A stretch of 64,000 nucleotides of DNA from Actinobacteria bacterium UBA7524. Lineage in GTDB: Bacteria > Actinomycetota > Coriobacteriia > Anaerosomatales > UBA912. Of the stretch, positions 20,019 through 29,637 are shown one piece after another. A program made the position numbers and the translations under genes. The notes beneath the pieces are model-generated. The model ran no database searches. It was given only the letters and a program-made list of their open reading frames with translations, and was not told the DNA's origin. Location: positions 1 through 64,000 of the forward strand of contig DLMY01000016.1 in the NCBI GenBank assembly GCA_002478275.1, read 5' to 3'. Numbering within the stretch: position 1 is the stretch's first letter; every line of letters starts with the position of its first letter.

Positions 20019-21335
20019 ATGGCTACCGAACACCGCGAGAGCACGATGAAGCGCGGCTTGTCGTTCACGTTCACGCTACTGACCTGGGCCACGATCGGCC
20101 CACCGGTTCTGCTCGGTCTGATCCTGTCGGCGCTCTTCGCCTTCTGGTGGCTTCACCTTACCGTCTCGGAGATGTTCCCCGTGATAGTCGCAGGCGGAGC
20201 GGTCATGGTCGTCCTGTCCGTTCCCGGGACCATCTTGTGGCGCTGGCAGTTCAAGGAGCGCATCCTGCGTCCGCTGCGTGACCTGGGCGGCGTGATGGTC
20301 GAGGTCGGCCAGGGGGATCTCAGGCTTCGTGCGGAGATCGTGCACGAGGACGAGATCGGGGTCTTGGCGGCCGAATGCAACAATCTCATCGAGTCACTGG
20401 CCGGTATCGCCGGACAGGTTCGCAGATCCGCAGAGTCGGTCTCCGCGGCGGCGACGGAGCTTTCGGCATCATCCCAGGAGATATCGTCGTCCACGATGGA
20501 GATATCCTCGTCCGTGCAGCAGATCGCTCACGGTGCCGAGCTGCAATCGCGCAAGGTCGAGGAGACATCTCACGCGATGGAGTCGATCAACTCTACGACC
20601 GACGAGGTGTCGCGTCAGGCCGAGGAAGCCGCGACGACCAGCGAGGAGGCCGCCCGGGTCGCCGCGCACGGGGAGCGAGCAACGGACGAGGCGATCGTCA
20701 AGATCGCCGAGGTTCAGCGCGCCGTCGAGACGCTTGCAGAATCGGTGGAACTCCTCGGCAAGCGTAGTAGCGAGATCGGGAGTATCGTCGACGTCATCAC
20801 GTCGATCGCGGACCAGACCAATCTGCTTTCTCTCAACGCGGCTATCGAGGCCGCGCGTGCGGGCGAGTCCGGCCGCGGCTTCTCGGTCGTGGCCGACGAG
20901 GTCCGCAAACTGGCCGAAGGCTCCGGGAAGGCCGCCGAGAAGATCGGGGTACTCATCAAGGAGGTCCAGGCCGAGACGGCCAAGGCTGTCAAGTACATGG
21001 AGATCGGCACGCGAGAGGTCGAGCAGGGCAGCGAGGTGGTGGGCCGTTCCGGTGAGGCGCTCCGGCAGATCAACGACGCCGTGTCACGAACGGCGGTGCT
21101 CGCCGAGCAGATAGCCCATGCGATGAAGGGCCAGGCTTCGCGCACGTCTTCGGTCGACAAGGCGATGCACGACATCGCGGCCGTCGTCGAGCAGAACGCG
21201 GCCTCTGCCGAGGAGACCGCTGCAGCGGCGGAAGAGCAGACCGCCTGCATGGAGGAAGTCACCTCTGCCGCGCAAGAGCTCTCGGACATGGCCCAGCGGC
21301 TTGAAGAAGCCGTGCGGATGTTCAAGGTCGAGTGA
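20019..21335 (+). CDS. Methyl-accepting chemotaxis protein (2 TM, HAMP, no extracellular domain)
   Basis: [45 protein letters not shown] motif. Confidence 0.95.
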   Translation: MATEHRESTMKRGLSFTFTLLTWATIGPPVLLGLILSALFAFWWLHLTVSEMFPVIVAGGAVMVVLSVPGTILWRWQFKERILRPLRDLGGVMVEVGQGDLRLRAEIVHEDEIGVLAAECNNLIESLAGIAGQVRRSAESVSAAATELSASSQEISSSTMEISSSVQQIAHGAELQSRKVEETSHAMESINSTTDEVSRQAEEAATTSEEAARVAAHGERATDEAIVKIAEVQRAVETLAESVELLGKRSSEIGSIVDVITSIADQTNLLSLNAAIEAARAGESGRGFSVVADEVRKLAEGSGKAAEKIGVLIKEVQAETAKAVKYMEIGTREVEQGSEVVGRSGEALRQINDAVSRTAVLAEQIAHAMKGQASRTSSVDKAMHDIAAVVEQNAASAEETAAAAEEQTACMEEVTSAAQELSDMAQRLEEAVRMFKVE

Positions 21336-21342
21336 GGTATCC

Positions 21343-21840
21343 GTGGCTGAGATGCTCGAACAACAGGGACGCACCTTCGTGATCTTCCAGGTATCGGGCG
21401 AGGAGTACGGGCTCGATATCGACAAGGTCCAAAGCATCGTGCGATACGAAGCGCCTACTCCGGTGCCCCGGTGTCCGGAGTCGGTGATGGGTGTCGTGAA
21501 CCTGAGGGGCCAGGTCATCCCTGTAGTCGACGTTGCGCGGCGCCTGGGCAGAGAGCCCTTCGTACCCACGGCCACATCACGCATCATCGTGGCGGAAGGT
21601 GAGGCCGGCTTGTTGGGGCTGGCCGTGGACGCCGCCAGTGAGGTTGCTGTGATATCTCCGGACTCCATCCAGGACACACCGGAGTCGGTGCTCAGCGCAG
21701 AGAGCGTCGACGTGTTCGAGGGCGTCGCCGAACGCGACGGCGCGCTCGTCATACTTCTCAACCTCGATCGTGCCGTGCCCGGAAACGAGTACGGCAGACC
21801 TGGGGATGAGATGCGATCGGAAGGTGGCGGTGATGTCTAG
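21343..21840 (+). CDS. cheW: Chemotaxis coupling protein
   Basis: GVVNLRGQVIPVVD; GLAVD. Confidence 0.93.
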   Translation: MAEMLEQQGRTFVIFQVSGEEYGLDIDKVQSIVRYEAPTPVPRCPESVMGVVNLRGQVIPVVDVARRLGREPFVPTATSRIIVAEGEAGLLGLAVDAASEVAVISPDSIQDTPESVLSAESVDVFEGVAERDGALVILLNLDRAVPGNEYGRPGDEMRSEGGGDV

Positions 21841-22204
21841 GACGGTACTTGTTGTCGACGACGCTGCGTTCATGCGCATGATGATCCGCGATATCCTCGC
21901 CAAGGAAGGATATGTCATCCACGAAGCCGTCAATGGCAGGGACGCCGTCGAGAAGTACCGCGAGGTGCATCCGGACCTCGTGACCATGGATATCACGATG
22001 CCGGAGATGAGCGGACTCGAGGCCTTGCGCGAGATCCGCGCCGTCGACCCGGAGGCGCGCGTCCTGATGGTCAGCGCGATGGGGCAACAGAAGATGATCG
22101 TCGAGGCGCTCGAGTCCGGGGCGATGGACTTCCTTGTCAAGCCGTTCCAGCCGACCAAGGTGCTTGAGACGATCAAGAAGTGCTTGCAGCCACGTAACCC
22201 CTGA
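21833..22204 (+). CDS. cheY: Single-domain response regulator
   Basis: VLVVDDAAFMRMMI, DITMP, SAMGQ, KPF. Confidence 0.93.
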   Translation: MSRTVLVVDDAAFMRMMIRDILAKEGYVIHEAVNGRDAVEKYREVHPDLVTMDITMPEMSGLEALREIRAVDPEARVLMVSAMGQQKMIVEALESGAMDFLVKPFQPTKVLETIKKCLQPRNP

Positions 22205-22218
22205 CCGGCGGATGCCAT

Positions 22219-23343
22219 ATGCGCACAACCATCAAAGTACTCGTCGTCGACGATTCTGCGCTCATCCGGCAGATGCTGACCCGTGCGCTCTCGGTCGATC
22301 CCCGCATCGAGATCGTCGGAACCGCCAAGACCGGTGTCGAGGCTATCGAGAAGGCGCGGGACCTGGATCCCGATGTGATCACGCTCGATATCCAGATGCC
22401 GGAACTGGACGGGCTCGAAGCATTGCCGCACATCACCAAGCACAGCGATGCCCGGGTCGTGATGCTCAGTTCGGTCGATGATCCTGATACCACGTACCAG
22501 GCGCTCTCTACCGGGGCGGTCGACTTCATCTACAAGCCCCGGGGAGGCATGGCCAGTTCGCTGACCGAACTCACCGAGTTGCTGCTCAAGAAGATCCGTA
22601 CGGCGTATCGCATCGATCCGAGCAAGGTGGATGGTGTCCGGGCTGCCGGCATAGAGCAGCTCCAGACCCAAGCCGGCGTCGCCGAGGCCGCGCCCGAGGT
22701 CGTGTCCGAACCTGGCGATGGCCTTCCGCCCATTGCAGTCGAGGTTCACGGTGGCGCCCCCCCTTCTCTGATCGTGGCCATCGCTGCTTCCACCGGCGGT
22801 CCACCGGCCTTGGAGTGCGTGTTCCGCGGATTGGTGTCGTCCCTGCCGGCCGCGTATCTGGTTGTCCAGCACCTGCCACCAGGCTTCACCTCCTCGCTTG
22901 CGAGAAGGCTCTCCTCGGCAGGTGATGTGGAAACCGTAGAGGCGGTCGACGGGATGGCGGTCACGGCCGGCCGGGCGTATATCGCCCCGCACGGTCTGCA
23001 CATGCGCGTGGTGAAAGAGGACGGCCAGGTGCGCCTTTCGCTCACCGACGATGCCCCCGTTCACGGAGTCAGGCCTGCCGCGGATCCGCTCTTCGAAAGC
23101 CTCGCGGCACAATTCGGCGACCGGGCCGTCGGCGTGGTGTTGACGGGGATGGGTTCTGATGGGGCGCGAGGTCTGCTTGCGATCCGCCAGGCGGGGGGCA
23201 GTACCATCGTCCAGAACGAGGAGACCAGCGTGGTGTGGGGCATGCCGGGCGCCGCCATGAAGCAGGGGGCTGCGCGGCACGTCGTTCCCATCGGCCTGGT
23301 TGCTGCGGAGATCCGTCGGGTGAGTAGAGACAGGTCCTCATGA
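22219..23343 (+). CDS. cheB: Chemotaxis response regulator methylesterase
   Basis: Receiver domain plus ASTGGP, VQHLP, TGMGSDG. Confidence 0.95.
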   Translation: MRTTIKVLVVDDSALIRQMLTRALSVDPRIEIVGTAKTGVEAIEKARDLDPDVITLDIQMPELDGLEALPHITKHSDARVVMLSSVDDPDTTYQALSTGAVDFIYKPRGGMASSLTELTELLLKKIRTAYRIDPSKVDGVRAAGIEQLQTQAGVAEAAPEVVSEPGDGLPPIAVEVHGGAPPSLIVAIAASTGGPPALECVFRGLVSSLPAAYLVVQHLPPGFTSSLARRLSSAGDVETVEAVDGMAVTAGRAYIAPHGLHMRVVKEDGQVRLSLTDDAPVHGVRPAADPLFESLAAQFGDRAVGVVLTGMGSDGARGLLAIRQAGGSTIVQNEETSVVWGMPGAAMKQGAARHVVPIGLVAAEIRRVSRDRSS

Positions 23344-25526
23344 GCGATATGGATGCCTACAAGGATGTGTTCTTGTCGGAGAGCGCCGAGTTCATCCAGG
23401 CGATCACCGACGGGCTCCTGGGCCTCGAGGAATCACCGCATGACCTGGAACCTGTGGAGGTCATATTCCGAGGCGCCCACAGCCTCAAGGGCATGTCTGC
23501 GGCGATGGGCTACGAGCACACCGCCGAACTGACGCACAAGATGGAAAGCCTGATGGATCGTGTCCGCAAGCACGAGCGCGCCGTGGACACGGCGCTGGTG
23601 GACCTCATGCTGGAGGCGGTCGACACGGTCAAGGCGCTCATCGACCAGGAGTCCGGGGACAAGGAGCCTGAAGACACGGCACCCCTTATCGAACGCATCG
23701 TGCAGATGGCTGAGGGCCAGACCCCCGACACGCCGCAGGATGCTGATCTCGGGAAGCCGGGTTCTCCGGATCCGGCATCGGTCGCCGCAAGCGACGAGTC
23801 CCTACCCGAGTCTGTGGCTGGGACTGACATACAGACCGGGGGAGAAGGTGAGCGTACCGGTGGTGATCTGCTGGCAGTGACCGTCACGCTGGAAGAGGCA
23901 TGTGTGCTCAAGGCTGTCAGGGCGTACATGGTGCTCAAGCGGCTGAGCCGCATGGGTACGGTGATCGATACCGAGCCTTCCGCGCGGGACATCGAAGATG
24001 AGCGCTTCGAGCTTTCGTTCAAGGTCCTGCTCCGCACGGAAGCCGGTCACGACGAGGTGGTTCGGGCGGTCACCGACGTGAGTGAGGTCGATGGCGCGGT
24101 CGTGCAGGAGGCCACGGTGAGAGGCGTCGTCGACGACTCGGCAGAGCAGGCACCGGTATCTGCGATTCCCACAGGGCACAGCCGCCGTACCGAGATTCCC
24201 AAGCTCTCGGAGACACAAACGGTGCGAATCGCGATAGGACATCTCGACTCGATGGTCAATCTGGTTGGAGAGCTGGTGATCCTGCGATCGCGGCTGGACC
24301 GGATTGCGAACGAGTTGGAGCACAGGGAACTCCAGTATGCGGTCGAGGAACTGCACCGTGTCTCCGGTGACCTGCAGCAGGAAGTCATGGATACGCGGAT
24401 GGTGCCGGTCGGCAACATCTTCAACCGGTTCCCTCGTATGGTCAGGGATCTTGCCCATGATCTCGGCAAGGAAGTCACCTTCCGTATGGAGGGTCTCGAC
24501 ATAGAACTCGACCGCACTGTGCTCGATGAGATCGGTGACCCGATCGTGCACCTGCTGCGCAACAGCATCGACCACGGNNNNNNNNNNNNNNNNNNNNNNN
24601 NNNNNNNNNNNNNNNNNNNNNNNNNNNNNNNNNNNNNNNNNNNNNNNNNNNNNNNNNNNNNNNNNNNNNNNNNNNNNNNNNNNNNNNNNNNNCTGCGCAA
24701 CAGCATCGACCACGGCGTGGAGGCCCCCGAGGTCAGGGAGGCGGCCGGAAAGGCTCCGAAGGGCTCGATCACGCTCGGCGCCCGCAGGGACCGTGATACC
24801 GTCCGGATCGCCGTCAGCGACGATGGTGGCGGTATGGACGTCGAGGCGGTCTGGGACAAGGCGTGCGTGATGGGTCTTGCCCGCCCGGAAGACCGGTCCT
24901 CGATGAAGGACGAGGACGTCTTGCTGATGACCTGCACGCCCGGCTTCTCGACCGCGAAGGTCACCACCAAGGTCTCGGGCCGGGGTGTGGGAATGGACGC
25001 TGTGAAAGGGAAGATCGAGTACCTGGGTGGCAGTCTGACCATCAACTCGAAGATGGGCGAGGGCACCGAGGTCGTGCTCACGCTGCCGCTCACGCTTGCG
25101 ATCATCCAGGCGTTACTGGTGTCGACGAACGAGCAGACGTTCGCGTTGCCGCTTGGCCTCGTGGACGAGGTGGTAGACCCCGAGGACGCCGTTATCGATA
25201 CGGTCGACGGAGCTCCCGTGTTGATCGGTCGCGGTGGTGGAGTGATCCCTGTTCTCAGGCTCGATGATCTACTCGGCATGTCGGACAGCGAGACGCGTCT
25301 GCCGGCGTCCGACGAGCACATCGTGCTCATCGAGGATGCGGGGGGGATAAGGCGCGCGTTGGTCGTGGGAGAGCTGCTCGGCCGTACCGAGATCGTGGTC
25401 AAGCCGCTGGCATCGCTCTTCCGTGACGTCAGAGGGATCGGCGGGGCGACAGTGCTCGGAGACGGTCGTGTCGCGCTGATCCTCGATCCGCGGACGTTCA
25501 TGTCGGGCAGGGAGGACAAGGCATGA
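23340..25526 (+). CDS. cheA: Chemotaxis histidine kinase
   Basis: Hpt FRGAHSLKGM; P2; LLRNSIDHG; DDGGG; SGRGVGMD; CheW-like C-terminus; contains an N gap. Confidence 0.95.
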   Translation: MSDMDAYKDVFLSESAEFIQAITDGLLGLEESPHDLEPVEVIFRGAHSLKGMSAAMGYEHTAELTHKMESLMDRVRKHERAVDTALVDLMLEAVDTVKALIDQESGDKEPEDTAPLIERIVQMAEGQTPDTPQDADLGKPGSPDPASVAASDESLPESVAGTDIQTGGEGERTGGDLLAVTVTLEEACVLKAVRAYMVLKRLSRMGTVIDTEPSARDIEDERFELSFKVLLRTEAGHDEVVRAVTDVSEVDGAVVQEATVRGVVDDSAEQAPVSAIPTGHSRRTEIPKLSETQTVRIAIGHLDSMVNLVGELVILRSRLDRIANELEHRELQYAVEELHRVSGDLQQEVMDTRMVPVGNIFNRFPRMVRDLAHDLGKEVTFRMEGLDIELDRTVLDEIGDPIVHLLRNSIDHXXXXXXXXXXXXXXXXXXXXXXXXXXXXXXXXXXXXXXXLRNSIDHGVEAPEVREAAGKAPKGSITLGARRDRDTVRIAVSDDGGGMDVEAVWDKACVMGLARPEDRSSMKDEDVLLMTCTPGFSTAKVTTKVSGRGVGMDAVKGKIEYLGGSLTINSKMGEGTEVVLTLPLTLAIIQALLVSTNEQTFALPLGLVDEVVDPEDAVIDTVDGAPVLIGRGGGVIPVLRLDDLLGMSDSETRLPASDEHIVLIEDAGGIRRALVVGELLGRTEIVVKPLASLFRDVRGIGGATVLGDGRVALILDPRTFMSGREDKA
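24578..24692. other. Scaffold gap with duplicated flanks (likely artefact)
   Basis: CTGCGCAACAGCATCGACCACGG occurs on both sides of the N run. Confidence 0.9.
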
Positions 25527-26134
25527 GACTGGACGAACTGTCGGATCTCCAGAAGGATGCCTTGCGCGAGGTGGGTAGTATCGGCGCCGGACATGCCGCC
25601 ACTGCGCTGTCGCAGCTGACGGGCAGGCCGATAGATATCACAGTGCCCAGGCTCGAACTGATCCCGTTCTCGCAGGTACCACATGCGCTCGGCGGACCGG
25701 AGCAGCTTGTCGGGGCGGTATACACGCGCTTGCTGGGTGATGTGGACGGCGGGATGCTCTTCATGACCCCCAGGGACTCATCGCTCGCGCTCGTGGACCT
25801 TCTGCACAACCGGGCGCCCGGCACCACCAAGTCCTTCGGTCATGACGAGGAGCGCCTGATCACGCATGTGGCCTCGATTCTCTCCGCAGCGTACGTGGCT
25901 GCGATCGCGCGTCTGGCCGATCTCGACGTGCTGCCTTCGAGTCCTCTGTTCGCACTCGACATGGCAGGAGCGATCCTGCAGGTCGCGATGGCGGAGGCGG
26001 GCATGAAGGCGGAGAACGCCCTGCTCGTCCGCACTACCTTCAACGACGAGGCCACGAGCACTGACGCGATACTGTTCTTCATGCCGGACCCGGACAGCCT
26101 CGAAGTGATACTCGGCAGGCTGGGAATGGCGTGA
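25523..26134 (+). CDS. cheC: CheY-P phosphatase CheC family
   Basis: DALREVGSIGAGHAATALSQL. Confidence 0.9.
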   Translation: MRLDELSDLQKDALREVGSIGAGHAATALSQLTGRPIDITVPRLELIPFSQVPHALGGPEQLVGAVYTRLLGDVDGGMLFMTPRDSSLALVDLLHNRAPGTTKSFGHDEERLITHVASILSAAYVAAIARLADLDVLPSSPLFALDMAGAILQVAMAEAGMKAENALLVRTTFNDEATSTDAILFFMPDPDSLEVILGRLGMA

Positions 26135-26655
26135 GCCGGATGGACGGCTTCGGGACGGATCCCGCATTCCCGCAAGATGAATATGCCATCGAGATAGGTC
26201 TCGGGGCATTCGCCGTGGCACAGCATCCGAACTACCTGATGACGCCTGCGCTTGGCTCGTGCGTCGCTGTGGCGTTGTGGGACCAATCGACGCGTCAGGG
26301 CGCTATGGCGCACGTGATGCTCGCACGGCCGTTCGAGAAGACGCCACCAGGAACCGAGATGCGGTTCGCCTCCAACGTCGTCCCTGAGATGGTCCGGCAG
26401 CTCGGTGTCATGGGTGCTCCCAGGCGCCGATTGGTCGCCAAGATCGCCGGCGGCGCCATGATGTTCAAGGCGGACAGCATGATCGCGGGCATCGGGGACC
26501 GCAACGTGGAAGAGGCGAAAAGGCAATTAGAGCTGTTGAAGATACCTCTTTATGCCGAAGATACGGGAGAACGCCACGCCAGGACGGTTGAGTTGCATCT
26601 GGATACCGGGCTGTTCGTGGTGCGCAGTTACCTGTACGGTGTGAAGAGGCTCTGA
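26131..26655 (+). CDS. cheD: Chemoreceptor glutamine deamidase
   Basis: LGSCVAV, AHVML, AKIAGGA, IGDRN, EDTG. Confidence 0.92.
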   Translation: MSRMDGFGTDPAFPQDEYAIEIGLGAFAVAQHPNYLMTPALGSCVAVALWDQSTRQGAMAHVMLARPFEKTPPGTEMRFASNVVPEMVRQLGVMGAPRRRLVAKIAGGAMMFKADSMIAGIGDRNVEEAKRQLELLKIPLYAEDTGERHARTVELHLDTGLFVVRSYLYGVKRL

Positions 26656-26678
26656 GCCGTGAGCGAGGATCCTGGGTC

Positions 26679-28175
26679 ATGGAAGAGATCGAGATGGTCG
26701 CGGCCCCTGCGAGGGGAGTGGCCGGAAGGCAACTGACGATAGCCATCGTGGGCGGCAGCCTTAGGGCTGCGTCCATCTTGAGGCTGCTCAGCGAGGTCGA
26801 CAACATCGACGTCGCCGCCGTTTCTTGCCCGAACTCGACGGCCCCTGCGGTTCGCCTGGCCGAGGACCTCGGCATCTACTCCACCAGGGACTACACCGAG
26901 GTCTACCAGGTCCCGGGACTCGACCTGATCATCGACATGTCCGATGACCCCGTCATCCGGCAGGCGCTTCAGTCCCAGAAGCCCGCCGGGGTCGAGATGA
27001 TAGGCGAGGGCGGTTCGGAGCTCATCTGGGACCTCCTTGTGGCCAAGAAGCGAGGTGAGGAGCAAGAGAAGCTCTTCGTCGAGCTGCAGGTCGCATATGA
27101 CAAGATCCGCAGCCACGAACGTCGCCTGCAGTCCAGCAAAGAAGCGCTCGAGCGGGCGAACGAGGAACTCGAAGGCCGCCTTGCCGAGATATTCTTCACT
27201 CACGAGTTCTTCAAGGCGCTGACGTCCTTCAGCAGTGTCGATGATGTGTGCTCGCTTATCGTTGACGGCGCGAACGGTATCCTCGGCGCGGAGATATCCT
27301 GTGTCTACCTCTTCTCGCGTGACGACTGGACCTTCCGCCTGGCGGCTTCGCAGGGCCGTCCCGACGATATGTTCGAGTCCACGATCTCCGTTCGCGACAC
27401 GATCCTGGGCCGTGCGTTCAGGGACGGTATAGTCCAGGAACATGACGTGCCGTACGGCTCGGAGAGCGCGGCATGGTGCAGATGTGCCGAGGAGATCCGG
27501 TCGCAGTCCGCGGTTCCCCTGAGAACCGGAGACAATGTGATCGGCGTTGTCGTCATCGGTTCGTCGATCTACCGCGAGATGACTCCGGCGGAGACGGAGA
27601 GACTTCAGGTCATCGCGAACCAGTCCTCACTTTCGCTGCAGAACGCCCTTCTACATGGAGAGCTTGAGCGCTTGTCGGTCACAGACCGCCTGACGGAACT
27701 CTACAACCACGGCTACTTCCAGCAGAGGCTTGAGGAGGAGATCGGCCGTGCCGAGCGCTTCGGTCACAAGCTCGCCCTGATCATGCTCGATATCGACGAT
27801 TTCAAGGACTTCAACGACACCTACGGTCATCCGCGGGGAGACCGCGTGCTTCAGATAGTCAGCTCGATCATCCGAGCCAATCTGCGCGAGATGGACGTCG
27901 CCGCCCGTTACGGGGGCGAGGAGTTCGTCGTCGTTCTCCCTGAGACTGCTGCTGATGGGGCCTATGCCGTGGCGGAGAGGATCCGTCAGGGGGTTGAAGA
28001 GCATGAGTTCCAGGGCGGGGAGGACATCCCGCCCATTCACAAGTCGGTGTCGGTTGGAGTGGCGGCCTACCCCGAGCACGCCGGGTCACCGAGCCGCCTG
28101 ATCGAGGCTGCGGACTTCGCGATGTTCGCCGCGAAACGCGCGGGTAAGAACGGAGTGAGGGTAGCAGGTTCGTAG
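26679..28175 (+). CDS. Diguanylate cyclase (Rossmann-like N-terminus, coiled coil, GAF, GGEEF)
   Basis: DRLTELYNH, DIDDFKDFNDTYGH, REMD I-site, RYGGEEF. Confidence 0.92.
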   Translation: MEEIEMVAAPARGVAGRQLTIAIVGGSLRAASILRLLSEVDNIDVAAVSCPNSTAPAVRLAEDLGIYSTRDYTEVYQVPGLDLIIDMSDDPVIRQALQSQKPAGVEMIGEGGSELIWDLLVAKKRGEEQEKLFVELQVAYDKIRSHERRLQSSKEALERANEELEGRLAEIFFTHEFFKALTSFSSVDDVCSLIVDGANGILGAEISCVYLFSRDDWTFRLAASQGRPDDMFESTISVRDTILGRAFRDGIVQEHDVPYGSESAAWCRCAEEIRSQSAVPLRTGDNVIGVVVIGSSIYREMTPAETERLQVIANQSSLSLQNALLHGELERLSVTDRLTELYNHGYFQQRLEEEIGRAERFGHKLALIMLDIDDFKDFNDTYGHPRGDRVLQIVSSIIRANLREMDVAARYGGEEFVVVLPETAADGAYAVAERIRQGVEEHEFQGGEDIPPIHKSVSVGVAAYPEHAGSPSRLIEAADFAMFAAKRAGKNGVRVAGS

Positions 28176-28244
28176 CCGGGGCGGCGGAGCGGTGAAGGCT
28201 CGTTCGTTCGGCCGGATGAAGACCGCCGGATCATCGCGATCGGA

Positions 28245-28592
28245 GTGGGTGTGACGCTCAAAGGGGCTTTGGAGCAGTTGCCGAAGACACAGCCGACGCA
28301 GGACACCCTGCGTGAGGTCTTGAGACTCGCCATGCACCGCCGGGATGATTGGGTGCCGGCCCTGGAACTCGCCGCTCACGCCCGGGTACCGGTGTCTGAG
28401 GTGGACACCATCCTGAGGACGTTGGTCGCGAGATTCGTGCTAGACTTCGACGGAACCACGGACAGCTACCGTTACCGTTCCGACCATTTCAATGATATCG
28501 AAGTGGAGCGGTACCTCAAGCGTGAGGACGGTCAGCGTGGTCATGTACGTGCCAATGTCGAGAAATTCCGGCGCGAGTATCGCTTTCGATGA
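28245..28592 (+). CDS. Hypothetical small protein, possibly winged-helix
   Basis: Fits the intergenic space; ALELAAHARVPVSEVDTIL helix-turn-helix-like pattern. Confidence 0.55.
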   Translation: MGVTLKGALEQLPKTQPTQDTLREVLRLAMHRRDDWVPALELAAHARVPVSEVDTILRTLVARFVLDFDGTTDSYRYRSDHFNDIEVERYLKREDGQRGHVRANVEKFRREYRFR

Positions 28593-28631
28593 CGCGGGAT
28601 GTCTCCCGCGCGAGTGTGGGAGATGTGTGTC

Positions 28632-29537
28632 GTGAGACCGATCGTGTTGGGGGTCAGGGGCCCGGCGGTCGAGGATGTGCAACAGCGTCTGCTCGTGTTG
28701 GGCCATGACCTGGGCTCTACGGGCATCGACGGTGTGTTCCTCGGCAAGACGTACGACGCCGTGCGTGACTTCCAGAGAGCACATGGCCTTTCCGAAGACG
28801 GCGTGGTCGGACATGAGACCTGGTCGGCTCTTGTCGATGCGACATTCACACTCGGGGACAGGATGCTCTACCTGAGACTGCCCCACTTCCACGGGCGGGA
28901 CGTGCAGGTCCTTCAAGAGGCGCTCAATGCATTGGGTTTCGCTTCGGGGCCCGTCGATGCGATCTTCGGTGCCTACACTGAGCGTGCCGTTCGCGAATTC
29001 CAGCGCAACTGCGGTCAGCCCGCTGATGGGGTGGTCGGGCTGGAGACGGTCAGGACGCTGATGGGTCTGCGTCACATCTGGGAAGGCAAGGATTCCAATC
29101 TGCCCCTTTCGGCCAGTCTGGCGCCCGCCCGGGTGCTCACCCCGCTACTCAGCACCGCAGTGATCGTAACGGCGCAGGGTGCGTTCGCCTCCGAGGTGGC
29201 GAAGCGCCTCGTCAATCTTGCGAAGGCTTCTCACGATGCGGCACTCGTCTCGATGATGAGCGAGGCGGAGGAAGCGGGCGACAGACGCCGGGACGCAGGA
29301 TTGACCCTGATGTTGGCACAGGGACTGGATGACGACCCCGACACGGCCGTGACGGTGCTCGGAGACGATGATCCTGCAGCGTTCCATTCCAGGCTGCTTG
29401 CCGCGTTGACGGCCATGCACGGGATGCGTGGCAGCCTCGTCATCGACCTCGGTCGAAGCGGTGATGGCGATGACGAGAAGCTCGCACAACGGGCGGCTGT
29501 CCGTCTTCTCGACGCTCTTTGTGCCGTCTTGGCCTGA
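28632..29537 (+). CDS. Peptidoglycan-binding domain protein (CwlM N-terminus-like)
   Basis: Two PG_binding_1-type repeats (DGVFLGKT..AVRDFQ..DGVVG; DAIFG..TERAVREFQ..DGVVG). Confidence 0.8.
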   Translation: MRPIVLGVRGPAVEDVQQRLLVLGHDLGSTGIDGVFLGKTYDAVRDFQRAHGLSEDGVVGHETWSALVDATFTLGDRMLYLRLPHFHGRDVQVLQEALNALGFASGPVDAIFGAYTERAVREFQRNCGQPADGVVGLETVRTLMGLRHIWEGKDSNLPLSASLAPARVLTPLLSTAVIVTAQGAFASEVAKRLVNLAKASHDAALVSMMSEAEEAGDRRRDAGLTLMLAQGLDDDPDTAVTVLGDDDPAAFHSRLLAALTAMHGMRGSLVIDLGRSGDGDDEKLAQRAAVRLLDALCAVLA

Positions 29538-29637
29538 TACCTGCTTGCTCTGCCGGGGGTTCCGTTCGCCCGTGCCCATGCGTCCGCATGGTAGAATAGA
29601 ACGGTTGTAATGCAGCCGACAGCCAGGAGGAGTCATC

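Noticed and set aside
24555..24715. Apparent duplication or insertion within the CheA N-box
   Set aside because: Identical 23 bp on both sides of an N gap; collapsing them restores a normal LLRNSIDHG
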